From: Spirochaetia bacterium
Lineage (GTDB): Bacteria > Oederibacteriota > PGYV01 > Palsa-1178
NCBI GenBank assembly: GCA_021372235.1
Contig: JAJFUW010000146.1
Location: 322 to 64,321, forward strand
Direction: 5' to 3'
DNA: 64,000 nt
Below, in pieces: positions 10,201-18,022 of this stretch. Below the pieces are notes generated by a model. The model was not told the origin of the DNA. It worked only from the letters and a program-made list of their open reading frames with translations, and made no database searches. The position numbers and the translations under genes were made by a program. Each line of letters opens with the position of its first letter. Position 1 is the stretch's first letter.

Positions 10201-12405
10201 GTCACATCAGGTAATTACAATAATAATTATTTGGAGATTGCAAGATATAATCAAAATGGCACAAAAGATTATACATTTGACGGAGATGGACAAGTTTTAA
10301 CATATATACCCGGACTCGCTGGCAATCATGCGGTAATAGCTGATGAAAACAATAAAATACTAGCAACAACAAGAAACAATATAGATGGGCGTGTAATGGT
10401 TAGATGTCTGCCAAACGGACAGATTGATACTACGTTTGGAACAAACGGATATGCAATGCCGCCTTCAGGCGTGGACTTTTATGCGTGGGACATGAAAATA
10501 GATTCAGAAGGAAGAATAGTGGCGGTAGGTGTAAGTTCGGGAAACAATTCTCCAATTATGACAAAAATGACAGTATGCAGATATAATCCGAATGGGACAT
10601 TGGATTTAAGTTTTAACGGAACAGGATATACAACGAATAATATAAGTACAACAAATCCGACATTAAATACAATAGGGTTTGGCATAACATTTGATCAAAA
10701 TAATAAGATTGTTATTGTCGGAGAGGGAAATAATCCAACAACCGGTATGGTGATATGGAGATTTAATGATAACGGCACATTGGATACGAGTTTTAATGCT
10801 ACCGGAACCAATCCGGGAACAATAGTAGAGACTAAATATGCTGGTTCTATAAGTGGAAGAGAAGCATATATCGACGGGTTGGGGAGAATATTAGTAACTG
10901 GAAGTTGTTATCTGGCAAGCTGCGAGATGGCGGCAATATACAGATATAATACAGATGGATCCCCGGATATGAGTTTTGGAACTGGAGGATATACAGCAAT
11001 AAAAGGAAATGGCAATAAAGGCATAACAACAGACAAATGCGGAAGAATACTAGTTTTGAATACTGAAGGAGGACTTATAAGTAGATTCAATGACGATGGG
11101 ACTCCGGATACGACATTCAATAATGGGCAATATAGTATATCTGTTGCAAATGTAATATATGGAGAAGATTTAATATTGGAAGAAGATGGCGATATATTTG
11201 TTTTAACTATGGAACGAAATATGACTGACATGTCAAGTAACAGCAAGATAAGGAAATATAAGAACAATAGTGTTTGTGTTTGCGCACAAGTTACATTTAC
11301 GCCAACGCCGACAATGAATTGTACACCATCTTGGCAGTATATTGGAACGCCGGGAATATCAATTGGTATTGCAAATAATGGAGGAATAGGTATTTCATAT
11401 GGTACTATATATATAGGATTTAATGACTATGGGAATGACGGTAAAACATCAGCAATGTTTTTTAATGGCTCAATATGGAATAACATTGGCGGAATTGGAT
11501 TTTCAAATACATCAACATCAAATCCTTCATTTTTTGTCTTTAATGGTATGCCATACATGGCTTATGCAGATAATACTAATGGTTTTAAGGCAAAGGTTAT
11601 GAAATATAAGTATGGAATCTGGATACCTGTCGGATCGACTAGTATATCAGATGGTGAAGCACAAAACCTGTGTCTTTATGTATACGATGATGGTACTGTA
11701 GATGGATTACCATATCTTGCATTTAGGGATATGTATAATCTTGGTAAGGCAACAGTAAAAAGATTTTATGGTTCAAGTTGGACTGATGTGGGTGGATATC
11801 CAGCCATTACTAATGCAACTGCATATTATATGTCTTTTTATGTATATAATAATGGTACGACTTTTGGAATGCCATATTTAGCTTTCGAAGACTCGGCATC
11901 AGGCAGCAAAGCAAGTGTAATGAAATTTAATGGTACTTGGACATACGTTGGAGGATCCCCGGGAGCATCAATTGTTGCAGGGACATATACATCAATATAC
12001 ATATATAATAATGGCACATTTGAGGGATTACCATATCTAGCTTTCAGTAATATGGACAATTCCTATAAGGCTAATGTGATTAAATTTGAGACTGGGATTT
12101 GGCAAGTTGTGGGAGTACAAAATTTTACAACTACTGGTTCATCGGAAAATAAAATAGAAGTGTATGATGATGGATTAACTATTGGAGGAATACCTTATCT
12201 TGCATATATTGATTTTGATACTACATTTAAAGCAAATGTAGTGAAACTGGTTGGTTCAAGTTGGCAAAGTGTTGGTAGTGCAAATTTCACACCAAGTAAT
12301 ATCGGCCAAATATTTTTTGATATATGCAAAGGAATACCTTATGTATCTTTTGTTGACTGGAATGCTGATGGAAAATTAAGTGTGATGAAATATGATTGCC
12401 AATAG
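7234..12405 (+). CDS. giant secreted multidomain carbohydrate-binding/repeat protein (CBM3-like, malectin-like, W-rich propeller, delta-60 repeats, second propeller)
   Basis: The track ORF 7069..12405 begins with TTG and overlaps the upstream gene. A TTG at 7234 preceded by GGGGG gives the signal peptide LIKKNLFILNFIFFTCVTIYGAA. Domains by eye: CBM3 (YKVRIDYKPGSDETNIIKPYFRLYNENTIPLDLSKVKIKYWY...DWSYN); malectin (VIINMNCGGAGF...YEVKFKFAEIDEN...); repeats ..NPHIAW...WNGTxWVDVxGS; PTPTPTP linkers; delta-60 (RYNxNGTxDxxFxGxG); final ~50-aa repeats (G.PYLAF.D....KAxVxK(F/Y)..g.W..VG). Gene GC is visibly much lower than the flanks. Confidence 0.8.
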   Translation: MIKKNLFILNFIFFTCVTIYGAAEVRNITLSTQCINPGQSITVSFEVKCNAYLRVYGDILFSSNSVAEYSDDCVFGENGYYETPVITGHNGGLLFENNYSTSNWSTITKTIQVPDFYTDGKYLIINVAENYQQLFNWGSHIEGSSSLYINICENYTNTLTPTIVFPNNSFTVTPTCSYTMTQTLSPTSSNIIVPTITCTPTITIALPEVYKVRIDYKPGSDETNIIKPYFRLYNENTIPLDLSKVKIKYWYLIEDDSQNENREIYWVGKNSGAIDVTNSTFAEISKTNMEDQNRCYEITFSSSAGLLDQGQFVEVQSGIFKVNYSDYDQDNDWSYNSRNATSFESNGKITVNVDGKNIYGMVPFDKNQPVIINMNCGGAGFNDHLGILYLQGRKYEKGGWGSEYFPDILSKPQLPIAGTVDQYIYQNAVLGSPTKPLHYIYDNIPVGLYEVKFKFAEIDENVTSAGQNVFSIDIEDKSIFQYIDVFASAGFAYAYELVTKVAVYDGQLNIDFNGSFANGITVQQIYEQATPQTSSSATCDAWVDIDGVGQNNINVSNTGENSKNPWFEIDSNNHTHIMWMEYAAILRYEEWDGTSWRGVGGIGSGYSAVNTLGKSMHSYSFTMDGSGYPVVTFAGKSSYNGIFDIYCTRWNGSTWADVTGSGTSKLCVWCGKPINYNPYVKMDSLGNPHIAFHSIPSYGGRMGYIRWNGADWTDIDGAGTEKVVIDRPGLENSYNRQFVFDSANHPHLVWMQEYDGTGEINYMNWNGTNWVDVTGSSSLSKINISNNSTYSTCPQIVLDSSEYPNIIWVDGSTSSNSFKINFLKWNGTAWVDIDGVGKESQVLSFTNCSSQSVSMVLDNEGNPHVAWVDKSTNEPYYVYWNGTAWVDVRGSTSLSSIKVYQDTEKYSSASSAQLCLDNDGIPHIAWTNYSKNNGFSGEIYYLKWGGACPPTPTPTPIICVLTETSYGDNGELQLENLAASMTMDNTGKIVTSGNYNNNYLEIARYNQNGTKDYTFDGDGQVLTYIPGLAGNHAVIADENNKILATTRNNIDGRVMVRCLPNGQIDTTFGTNGYAMPPSGVDFYAWDMKIDSEGRIVAVGVSSGNNSPIMTKMTVCRYNPNGTLDLSFNGTGYTTNNISTTNPTLNTIGFGITFDQNNKIVIVGEGNNPTTGMVIWRFNDNGTLDTSFNATGTNPGTIVETKYAGSISGREAYIDGLGRILVTGSCYLASCEMAAIYRYNTDGSPDMSFGTGGYTAIKGNGNKGITTDKCGRILVLNTEGGLISRFNDDGTPDTTFNNGQYSISVANVIYGEDLILEEDGDIFVLTMERNMTDMSSNSKIRKYKNNSVCVCAQVTFTPTPTMNCTPSWQYIGTPGISIGIANNGGIGISYGTIYIGFNDYGNDGKTSAMFFNGSIWNNIGGIGFSNTSTSNPSFFVFNGMPYMAYADNTNGFKAKVMKYKYGIWIPVGSTSISDGEAQNLCLYVYDDGTVDGLPYLAFRDMYNLGKATVKRFYGSSWTDVGGYPAITNATAYYMSFYVYNNGTTFGMPYLAFEDSASGSKASVMKFNGTWTYVGGSPGASIVAGTYTSIYIYNNGTFEGLPYLAFSNMDNSYKANVIKFETGIWQVVGVQNFTTTGSSENKIEVYDDGLTIGGIPYLAYIDFDTTFKANVVKLVGSSWQSVGSANFTPSNIGQIFFDICKGIPYVSFVDWNADGKLSVMKYDCQ

Positions 12406-12430
12406 TTGCAGATTATCTTCTACAAAAAAA

Positions 12431-12472
12431 TTACGAAAATAATTGAAATCTGCCAAAAAATCTACTATAATA
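12431..12472 (+). promoter_or_regulatory. sigma70-like promoter, copy 2 of the duplicated block
   Basis: ttacgaaaataattgaaatctgccaaaaaatctactataat; -35 at 12443-12448, -10 at 12466-12471. About 40/41 identical to 6655-6696. RBS aagga(c/g)(a/g)ggaaaATG is also conserved. Confidence 0.5.
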
Positions 12473-12506
12473 TTTATATATTAGTTATAATCCTAAGGAC
12501 AGGAAA

Positions 12507-14786
12507 ATGAAAAAAATCCTAAGAAGCTTATTAATGGTGTTGCTTGTAACTTTTACGCTTACACCTGTTTTTGCCACTGTTACATCAGTCAGCATTACAA
12601 GCGTGACACCGGCCAGCCCTGCTCCGGGTGATCTGGTGCAGGTTATTTTCAATTATTGCGCAGGCCCTTATGAAGATACTAAGATGGTGCTGGCGGTCTC
12701 AACAAACTCAAGTTTCATGGCGTGCAATACGGCCGGTCAGGAGTTTAAGGTAAGCGAGGGCGGAATGGATATTGGAGGGACCGGGCCCGGAGCGGCAACC
12801 GCCAATGGCGGTTACAATATGAGCGACAACCAGACTGTTGCTCACTGTCAGGATATTACATGGAGCATACATATTCCCACAACCGCAACGCCAGGCCTGA
12901 CATATTATATCCTTGTCGGAGGCAGGTCCTCTTATATAGGCTGCAATGATGCGCAGGCGTACGCGAACTATTCTTTTGTGGCACCGTTGCCGTCGCCGGC
13001 TGCAACAATATCCAAAACAGCCGAATCCTCAGTAGTCCAGCCGGGAGATCTTGTGCTTTTCAGTATCGATTACACTTTTGTCAATGGCACCAATTTTACC
13101 ATAACTGACAACATCCCTGCAGGCTGCGTGATTGAATCCGTAAGCAACGGCGGTATTGTCTCGGGTTCCACTGTTTCCTGGGCAACGGCATCCGTGCCGG
13201 GGCCGCAAGCAAGCGGGAGCGTGTGGTTCACCGCCAGGGTTAATACGGGCACCACACCCGGCACAGTGATCTCAAACACTGCCCACTGGGCCATGGACGA
13301 GATACCGGCAGGCGGTGACAGCAGCGCGGTGACGGTCACGGTAGGGCAGCCGTTTTCGATAACCAAAAGCCAGAACGTAACAACAGCTGCGATAGGAGAA
13401 ACGGTAACATATTCTTTTGATGTACGGGCCGGCGGATCGGCATTTCATTCACTGGATAATTTCGACGCCGACCTGAACGGTTTTACGGTTGCCGGTCCCG
13501 GGCCGGGCTTTATCTGGCAGTCTGACGCCGGCGGCGGACATATCTATTCATATGAGCAGACAGGCGGACAGTACCCGCATCTCTTGAGGACTGACCTGGG
13601 GAATTTTTGCTTCGGTGACATACAGGGAGACCTCTACATAATAAACAAGGCCAGCGGAGACAATGATGCATTGATAACATTCCGGGACAATGGTTTATAC
13701 GGGGCTGCGGGAGCCGCATACGGTGTTGGCATCTCTCCTGACGGTTCAAATTCCGTCGGCCAACAATTGTGGATACAAAAATATGTATCAGGCACGACCG
13801 GCGGCACGTTTGCGGGAGCGTTCATATCGATTTCTACGGATGCTTGGTATACCGTTAAGATCCATGTATCAGATACAGCCAGCGGTGTCAGGATACAGGC
13901 AAAGGCATGGCTGAGAGGCACTGCTGAACCGGCTGCTTATATGGCGGACTGGACCGATACGGCCGCAATCATCGCTCCATGCGGGTATGTTGGCGTTCAG
14001 GGTAACGCCAATAACGCGAACTACTACGACAATCTGAAAATAGTAAAGACCACAATGTCATATCCTGCCCTGTACGACACCCTCCCGACGGAACTGACTT
14101 TCGTGGGCGGGACCGGCGCTGACGCGACACACTCCGCAGCCACGCTGACGGGCAACACCGTGAAATGGTCCATATTTACATCGTTTGTTGACGCGGCTTA
14201 CCATCTGGACCTGTGGGCCGTTGTGAACGCCTGCGGCACTCTTTTGAACAGGGCAACGATAGACACCGAGGAATCCGCGCCTGTTGACTCAAACCAGGTA
14301 TCCATCAATGCTCTCTGCCCCGAGTCGCCGACGATAACCCCGACATTTACGATTACAGAGACATATACGGATACCGCAACACCGACAATAACGCTTACAT
14401 CAACCCTTACGCCGACCCTCACAGAGACGCTTACCCGCACCGTCACAATGACGTTAACCGCGACCCCGACGCCGACGGTGCCGCTCGAGCTGACACCGGT
14501 CACGAACTACCCCAATCCTTTCGGCACGTCCGACAAGCAGACAACCACGATTGTTTTCGAGCTCACAGCGGATGCGGACTGCACCATAACGGTATTTACC
14601 CTGTCAGGAGAGACCATATACAGGTCGGGGACATTTGCGGGGTTAAAGGGCAGGAACTCGTATCCATGGGACGGGAAAAATAACGGCAACAAATTCGCCG
14701 CATCAGGGGTCTATTTTTACAGGATAACCGCGGAAAATCCCTCCGGGAAAAAGTCGGCGATTTCAAGGCTTGCGGTTTTGAGGTAG
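12507..14786 (+). CDS. secreted 759-aa protein: conserved N-terminal domain, DUF11-like repeats, LamG-like region, Thr-rich linker, Por_Secre_tail-like C-terminal sorting domain
   Basis: Signal peptide present. N-domain paralogous to 6731..7168. DUF11-type segment (PGDLVLFSIDYTFVNGTNFTITDNIPAGCVIESVS...TVSW...NTAHWA). C-terminus TNYPNPFGTSDKQTTTIVFELTADADCTITVFTLSGETIYRSG...GVYFYRITAEN matches the T9SS-type CTD (YPNPF hallmark). Confidence 0.8.
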   Translation: MKKILRSLLMVLLVTFTLTPVFATVTSVSITSVTPASPAPGDLVQVIFNYCAGPYEDTKMVLAVSTNSSFMACNTAGQEFKVSEGGMDIGGTGPGAATANGGYNMSDNQTVAHCQDITWSIHIPTTATPGLTYYILVGGRSSYIGCNDAQAYANYSFVAPLPSPAATISKTAESSVVQPGDLVLFSIDYTFVNGTNFTITDNIPAGCVIESVSNGGIVSGSTVSWATASVPGPQASGSVWFTARVNTGTTPGTVISNTAHWAMDEIPAGGDSSAVTVTVGQPFSITKSQNVTTAAIGETVTYSFDVRAGGSAFHSLDNFDADLNGFTVAGPGPGFIWQSDAGGGHIYSYEQTGGQYPHLLRTDLGNFCFGDIQGDLYIINKASGDNDALITFRDNGLYGAAGAAYGVGISPDGSNSVGQQLWIQKYVSGTTGGTFAGAFISISTDAWYTVKIHVSDTASGVRIQAKAWLRGTAEPAAYMADWTDTAAIIAPCGYVGVQGNANNANYYDNLKIVKTTMSYPALYDTLPTELTFVGGTGADATHSAATLTGNTVKWSIFTSFVDAAYHLDLWAVVNACGTLLNRATIDTEESAPVDSNQVSINALCPESPTITPTFTITETYTDTATPTITLTSTLTPTLTETLTRTVTMTLTATPTPTVPLELTPVTNYPNPFGTSDKQTTTIVFELTADADCTITVFTLSGETIYRSGTFAGLKGRNSYPWDGKNNGNKFAASGVYFYRITAENPSGKKSAISRLAVLR

Positions 14787-14864
14787 CAGGCCATAGGCAT
14801 GTAAAACGTAGACAGGGGAATGACGTCCAATAATAAAGCAAAAAAATTACAAGAGGAGGTAAAG

Positions 14865-15551
14865 ATGAAAAGAGTGACCGTGGTTTTAATGTTTTTATTG
14901 ATGGCCGGAGCGGTGACCGCAGCGCAGAGAAATGCCCCGATGGACAATATGAACGGTTTTGACAACAAGATCAAGGAACTGGACCAGAGGCTCGCGAGCC
15001 TCGAGGCAAAAGTTGTTGTGACACCGGAAGCGCAGAAAGAACAGGGCTTCAGGTTCGGCAAGGTGGAAGAGCGCATAATGAGGCTCGAGGAGAGGATCAA
15101 TAAACTCGAGGCCAGACTGAACAAACTCGCCGACAGCGTCATAGCCGTAGAGGACAAGGTAGATGCCAGGAAGGGAAAGAGGCCGCCAACAGAGACTCCT
15201 ACATTTACCCCGGTACCGACAAACACGCCCGCAGCGTCCAAAACGACAATAAAAAAAGTGCGTATAACCGTGAAAGATACGACAACAAAAAGGCTGGGCA
15301 AGGCGGGAGAAAAAGGCAGGGTTGCGTTCGCGTATAAGGTCAATGTGGAAAACGACGAAGCGCGCGAGGCAAAGTCGTTTAAGGTAAAGATAATGTTAAA
15401 GGACTCCGACGGATTTACCCTGGATACCTATATAGCAGGCCCGTTCACGCTGACCCGCTGGGAGGAAAAAACGCTCGAGGGCGAAGGCACTATAAGGGCT
15501 GACAGGGCGGACAAAGTATCATCATCGGAATCGGAAATAATTTGGGAATAA
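14865..15551 (+). CDS. secreted coiled-coil protein, hypothetical
   Basis: Start taken at MKRVTVVLMFLLMAGAVTAA (RBS aggagg upstream). Heptad-like LEERINKLEARLNKL. No recognisable catalytic domain. Confidence 0.55.
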   Translation: MKRVTVVLMFLLMAGAVTAAQRNAPMDNMNGFDNKIKELDQRLASLEAKVVVTPEAQKEQGFRFGKVEERIMRLEERINKLEARLNKLADSVIAVEDKVDARKGKRPPTETPTFTPVPTNTPAASKTTIKKVRITVKDTTTKRLGKAGEKGRVAFAYKVNVENDEAREAKSFKVKIMLKDSDGFTLDTYIAGPFTLTRWEEKTLEGEGTIRADRADKVSSSESEIIWE

Positions 15552-15597
15552 GTAACAGCGAGACAGGAGACAAAAGCAGACAGTAAAATAATACAAA

Positions 15598-15635
15598 ACA
15601 GGGCGGGAGAAATCCCGTCCTGTTGCTTTATATAA
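15598..15635 (+). terminator. rho-independent terminator-like hairpin
   Basis: acagggcgggag-aaa-tcccgtcctgt followed by tgctttatat. Confidence 0.45.
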
Positions 15636-15795
15636 AGAAAATGAAATACAGATAGCTCGGTTTGGAGTTTGGAGATATGCCTTAACATTGCATAAAACGG
15701 CAGTATGTGGTATTTTCTAATGGGTTTGTATGGATTATATTCAAACTCCAAACTCAAAAGTCTAAACTGATTTTATCTATTTTTAAAGGAGACCT

Positions 15796-16824
15796 ATGAA
15801 GGAAAAAACATGCATCGCCCTTTACTCCGGCGGGCTTGATTCCCTGCTTGCCGCTAAAGTAATGATGGACCTGGGTTTCAAGGTTATCATACTTAATTTT
15901 TCCACGGGTTTTTTCTTTAATGCCTACACAAAAGACGCAGACGGGGGATTAAAATACAAGGCGCCCGCCCCGGATGGCTACGACATACGTGTGGTGGATA
16001 TATCAAAGGACTTTTTTGAGATGATAAAGAACCCGGCCCACGGTTACGGCTCCAACATGAACCCGTGCATAGACTGCAAGATAATGATGCTCAGGAAGGC
16101 AAAGTCCATGATGGAGGAACTGGGTGCAGGTTTTGTCGTAACCGGCGAGGTCCTGGGCCAGAGGCCCATGAGCCAGAACGGCCATGCCATGATAGAGATA
16201 GAAAAAGAGGCCGGACTGCAGGGATGGCTCCTGCGGCCGCTGTGTGCAAAAAATTTACAGCCCACGGAACCGGAAAATTTGGGATGGGTGGACAGGGAAA
16301 AACTGCTGGATTTTAAGGGCCGCACCCGCAAACCTCAATTGGCAATGGCAAGGTTGCTGGGGTGGCAAAAATACATACAGGCGCCCGCGGGCGGCTGCAT
16401 ACTGACGGATGAGAGCTACTCAAAAAAACTAAAGGATCTTTTTAAACATAAGGGCCGCTCCGAACTCCAAACTTCGAACTCCGAACTGACTTCTGAGGAT
16501 GTCCTCCTCCTCACCCTGGGCCGGCAGTTCCGCAGGGACGGGGTGAAATTCATAATAGGAAGGGACCAGGAAGAGAACAAAAAGATAGCGGAGTTTAAAG
16601 GCAAGGGGACCACGTTTGACACAAAAGGAATATCGGGGCCGACAGGGTTCACACTCGATGCAATTAGCGACGAAATGAAAACATATATAGCGTGCGCAGT
16701 AGCGGGATTTTCCAAGGTCGCGGGGTATTGTGAAGTGGCGGTTGTGGAACAGGGAGAGGAAGAGGTTATCAAGGTGAAACCGCTTAAAAGGGAAGAACTG
16801 GCCCCGTATAGAATAGACGCATAG
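15796..16824 (+). CDS. ThiI-family PP-loop ATPase (tRNA sulfurtransferase-like), THUMP-less, with C-terminal extension
   Basis: PP-loop ALYSGGLDSLLAA. NPCIDCKIMMLRKAKSMMEELGAGFVVTGEVLGQRPMSQ aligns with ThiI PCLKCKRTMYRIAEKIA..AIVTGESLGQVASQT. No THUMP domain. A ~130-aa C-terminal tail holds an in-frame heptad-repeat insertion (SELQTSNSELTSE). Confidence 0.7.
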   Translation: MKEKTCIALYSGGLDSLLAAKVMMDLGFKVIILNFSTGFFFNAYTKDADGGLKYKAPAPDGYDIRVVDISKDFFEMIKNPAHGYGSNMNPCIDCKIMMLRKAKSMMEELGAGFVVTGEVLGQRPMSQNGHAMIEIEKEAGLQGWLLRPLCAKNLQPTEPENLGWVDREKLLDFKGRTRKPQLAMARLLGWQKYIQAPAGGCILTDESYSKKLKDLFKHKGRSELQTSNSELTSEDVLLLTLGRQFRRDGVKFIIGRDQEENKKIAEFKGKGTTFDTKGISGPTGFTLDAISDEMKTYIACAVAGFSKVAGYCEVAVVEQGEEEVIKVKPLKREELAPYRIDA

Positions 16825-16829
16825 AACCG

Positions 16830-16964
16830 CCGTTGTAGCGGAAGTAAAGAGCCCGAAGCGCGACCGCAGGGGTCGCGGCTACGAGAGCGGTTTGTTGATT
16901 AGAGGTGTTTTAAAAGCAGTCGTTGTAGCCGCGACCTTCATGGTCGCGGAAGTGGCAGTGAAAG
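16830..16964. repeat. modular direct/inverted repeat block (CGTTGTAGC..GGAAGT x2 with GCGACC-loop-GGTCGCGG hairpins x2)
   Basis: 16830-16851 ccgttgtagcggaagtaaagag. 16859-16875 gcgacc-gcagg-ggtcgc. 16920-16964 cgttgtagc[cgcgaccttcatggtcgcg]gaagtggcag, i.e. copy 2 is copy 1 with a hairpin inserted. Confidence 0.5.
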
Positions 16965-16973
16965 GATGGTTCT

Positions 16974-17351
16974 ATGAAGTTAATTATAGACGGTTATAAC
17001 CTGATGTACAGGCTGGAACTGGAAGGCTCACTTGAACAGAAGCGCGACGAGATGTTTGAACTGCTCTCCGAGTTCAAAAGCGTCAACCCATGCGACATAA
17101 CAGTTGTTTTTGACGGCAGCCGCAACCCATCCACGCAGAGGGGCAGGGAATTCAAACTCGGAATAAATGTCATATACTCTGCACGGGGCGAAACAGCCGA
17201 TGATATCATAATGGAAATGGCTGAAAAGCACACCATGGGCAAGGCAAAGGAAAACATCGTGGTCTCCTCGGATAACCGCGTCCGTAATTTTGCCGTGGAA
17301 CATTTCATGAAAGGGATGACGAGCGACGAGTTTGCGGAGTACCTGATATGA
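16974..17351 (+). CDS. NYN-domain (YacP/Rae1-like) putative ribonuclease
   Basis: LIIDGYNLM...DITVVFDG...INVIYSARGETADDIIMEMAE...IVVSSDNRVRN parallels B. subtilis YacP (LLVDGYNMI, VIVVFDA, VEVIFTKENETADERIE, IHVATSD). Confidence 0.7.
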   Translation: MKLIIDGYNLMYRLELEGSLEQKRDEMFELLSEFKSVNPCDITVVFDGSRNPSTQRGREFKLGINVIYSARGETADDIIMEMAEKHTMGKAKENIVVSSDNRVRNFAVEHFMKGMTSDEFAEYLI

Positions 17352-17545
17352 GGCGAAGAGACTGAAGACAGGAGACAGGAGTACTTCAAAACATAAAACA
17401 GGTCTTGTTTGTTCTACTTTTATCTCCGGTCTCCTTCCTACCGCCCAAAACCCATCCAAATTTTGCTTGACTTTCAGGGAAAATTTGTTATATTTAGGCA
17501 TCCTATTTATTTATTAGGCTTAAAAATAATTAGAGGCAAAAACAA

Positions 17546-18022
17546 ATGGACAGGAACACTGCAGAGATTATTGAGTGCATCAAATTTATGGGAAAGATAA
17601 ACAAACCCATGATGCCGCACCATTTCAAAAAGAGAGGCGTCATGGACCTGACGCTTTCCCAGCTTGACGTTATGGGATATATGTATGAGGTGAACACGGA
17701 GAAGCCCAGGCGTGTCAAGATGAGCGATCTTGCCAGGCATGCCGGGGTTAAGATGCCTACAATGACCGATATGGTAAACAAACTGGTAAATGCCGGGCTG
17801 GTTATGCGGGAACATGATGAGGCGGACCGCAGGACCGTCTGGGTGAGCGTTTCCAGAAATATGGAAAAGATGGTATGCGGCCACATAAAGGAAAGGGACA
17901 ACGAAATATCGTGCATCATGGACTGCCTGACGGAGAAAGAGAAAAAGCAGGCGGCGGTCATATTGAAAAAAATTAAAAACTCTATGGAAGAGAGGATGAC
18001 AAAATGGGCAAAAAGTCACTGA
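17546..18022 (+). CDS. MarR-family transcriptional regulator
   Basis: LTLSQLDVMGYMYE...MSDLARHAGVKMPTMTDMVNKLVNAGLVMREHDEADRRTVWVSVS is a winged-HTH MarR pattern. First gene of an efflux operon. Confidence 0.75.
   Translation: MDRNTAEIIECIKFMGKINKPMMPHHFKKRGVMDLTLSQLDVMGYMYEVNTEKPRRVKMSDLARHAGVKMPTMTDMVNKLVNAGLVMREHDEADRRTVWVSVSRNMEKMVCGHIKERDNEISCIMDCLTEKEKKQAAVILKKIKNSMEERMTKWAKSH

Noticed and set aside
14198-14503. Val-rich 101-aa minus-strand ORF
   Set aside because: Antisense to the Thr-rich linker of 12507..14786; low-complexity mirror artefact.
14717-15343. 208-aa minus-strand ORF
   Set aside because: Antisense to the coiled-coil gene. Low-complexity Ser/Leu/Phe-rich translation with no start context.
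16830-16964. Possible CRISPR array
   Set aside because: Only two repeat units, irregular spacing, repeats differ by an inserted hairpin, and no cas genes nearby.
16994-18019. Several 130-170-aa minus-strand ORFs (16994..17389, 17028..17501, 17507..18019, 17530..17961)
   Set aside because: All are antisense to the well-supported NYN and MarR genes and lack motifs.
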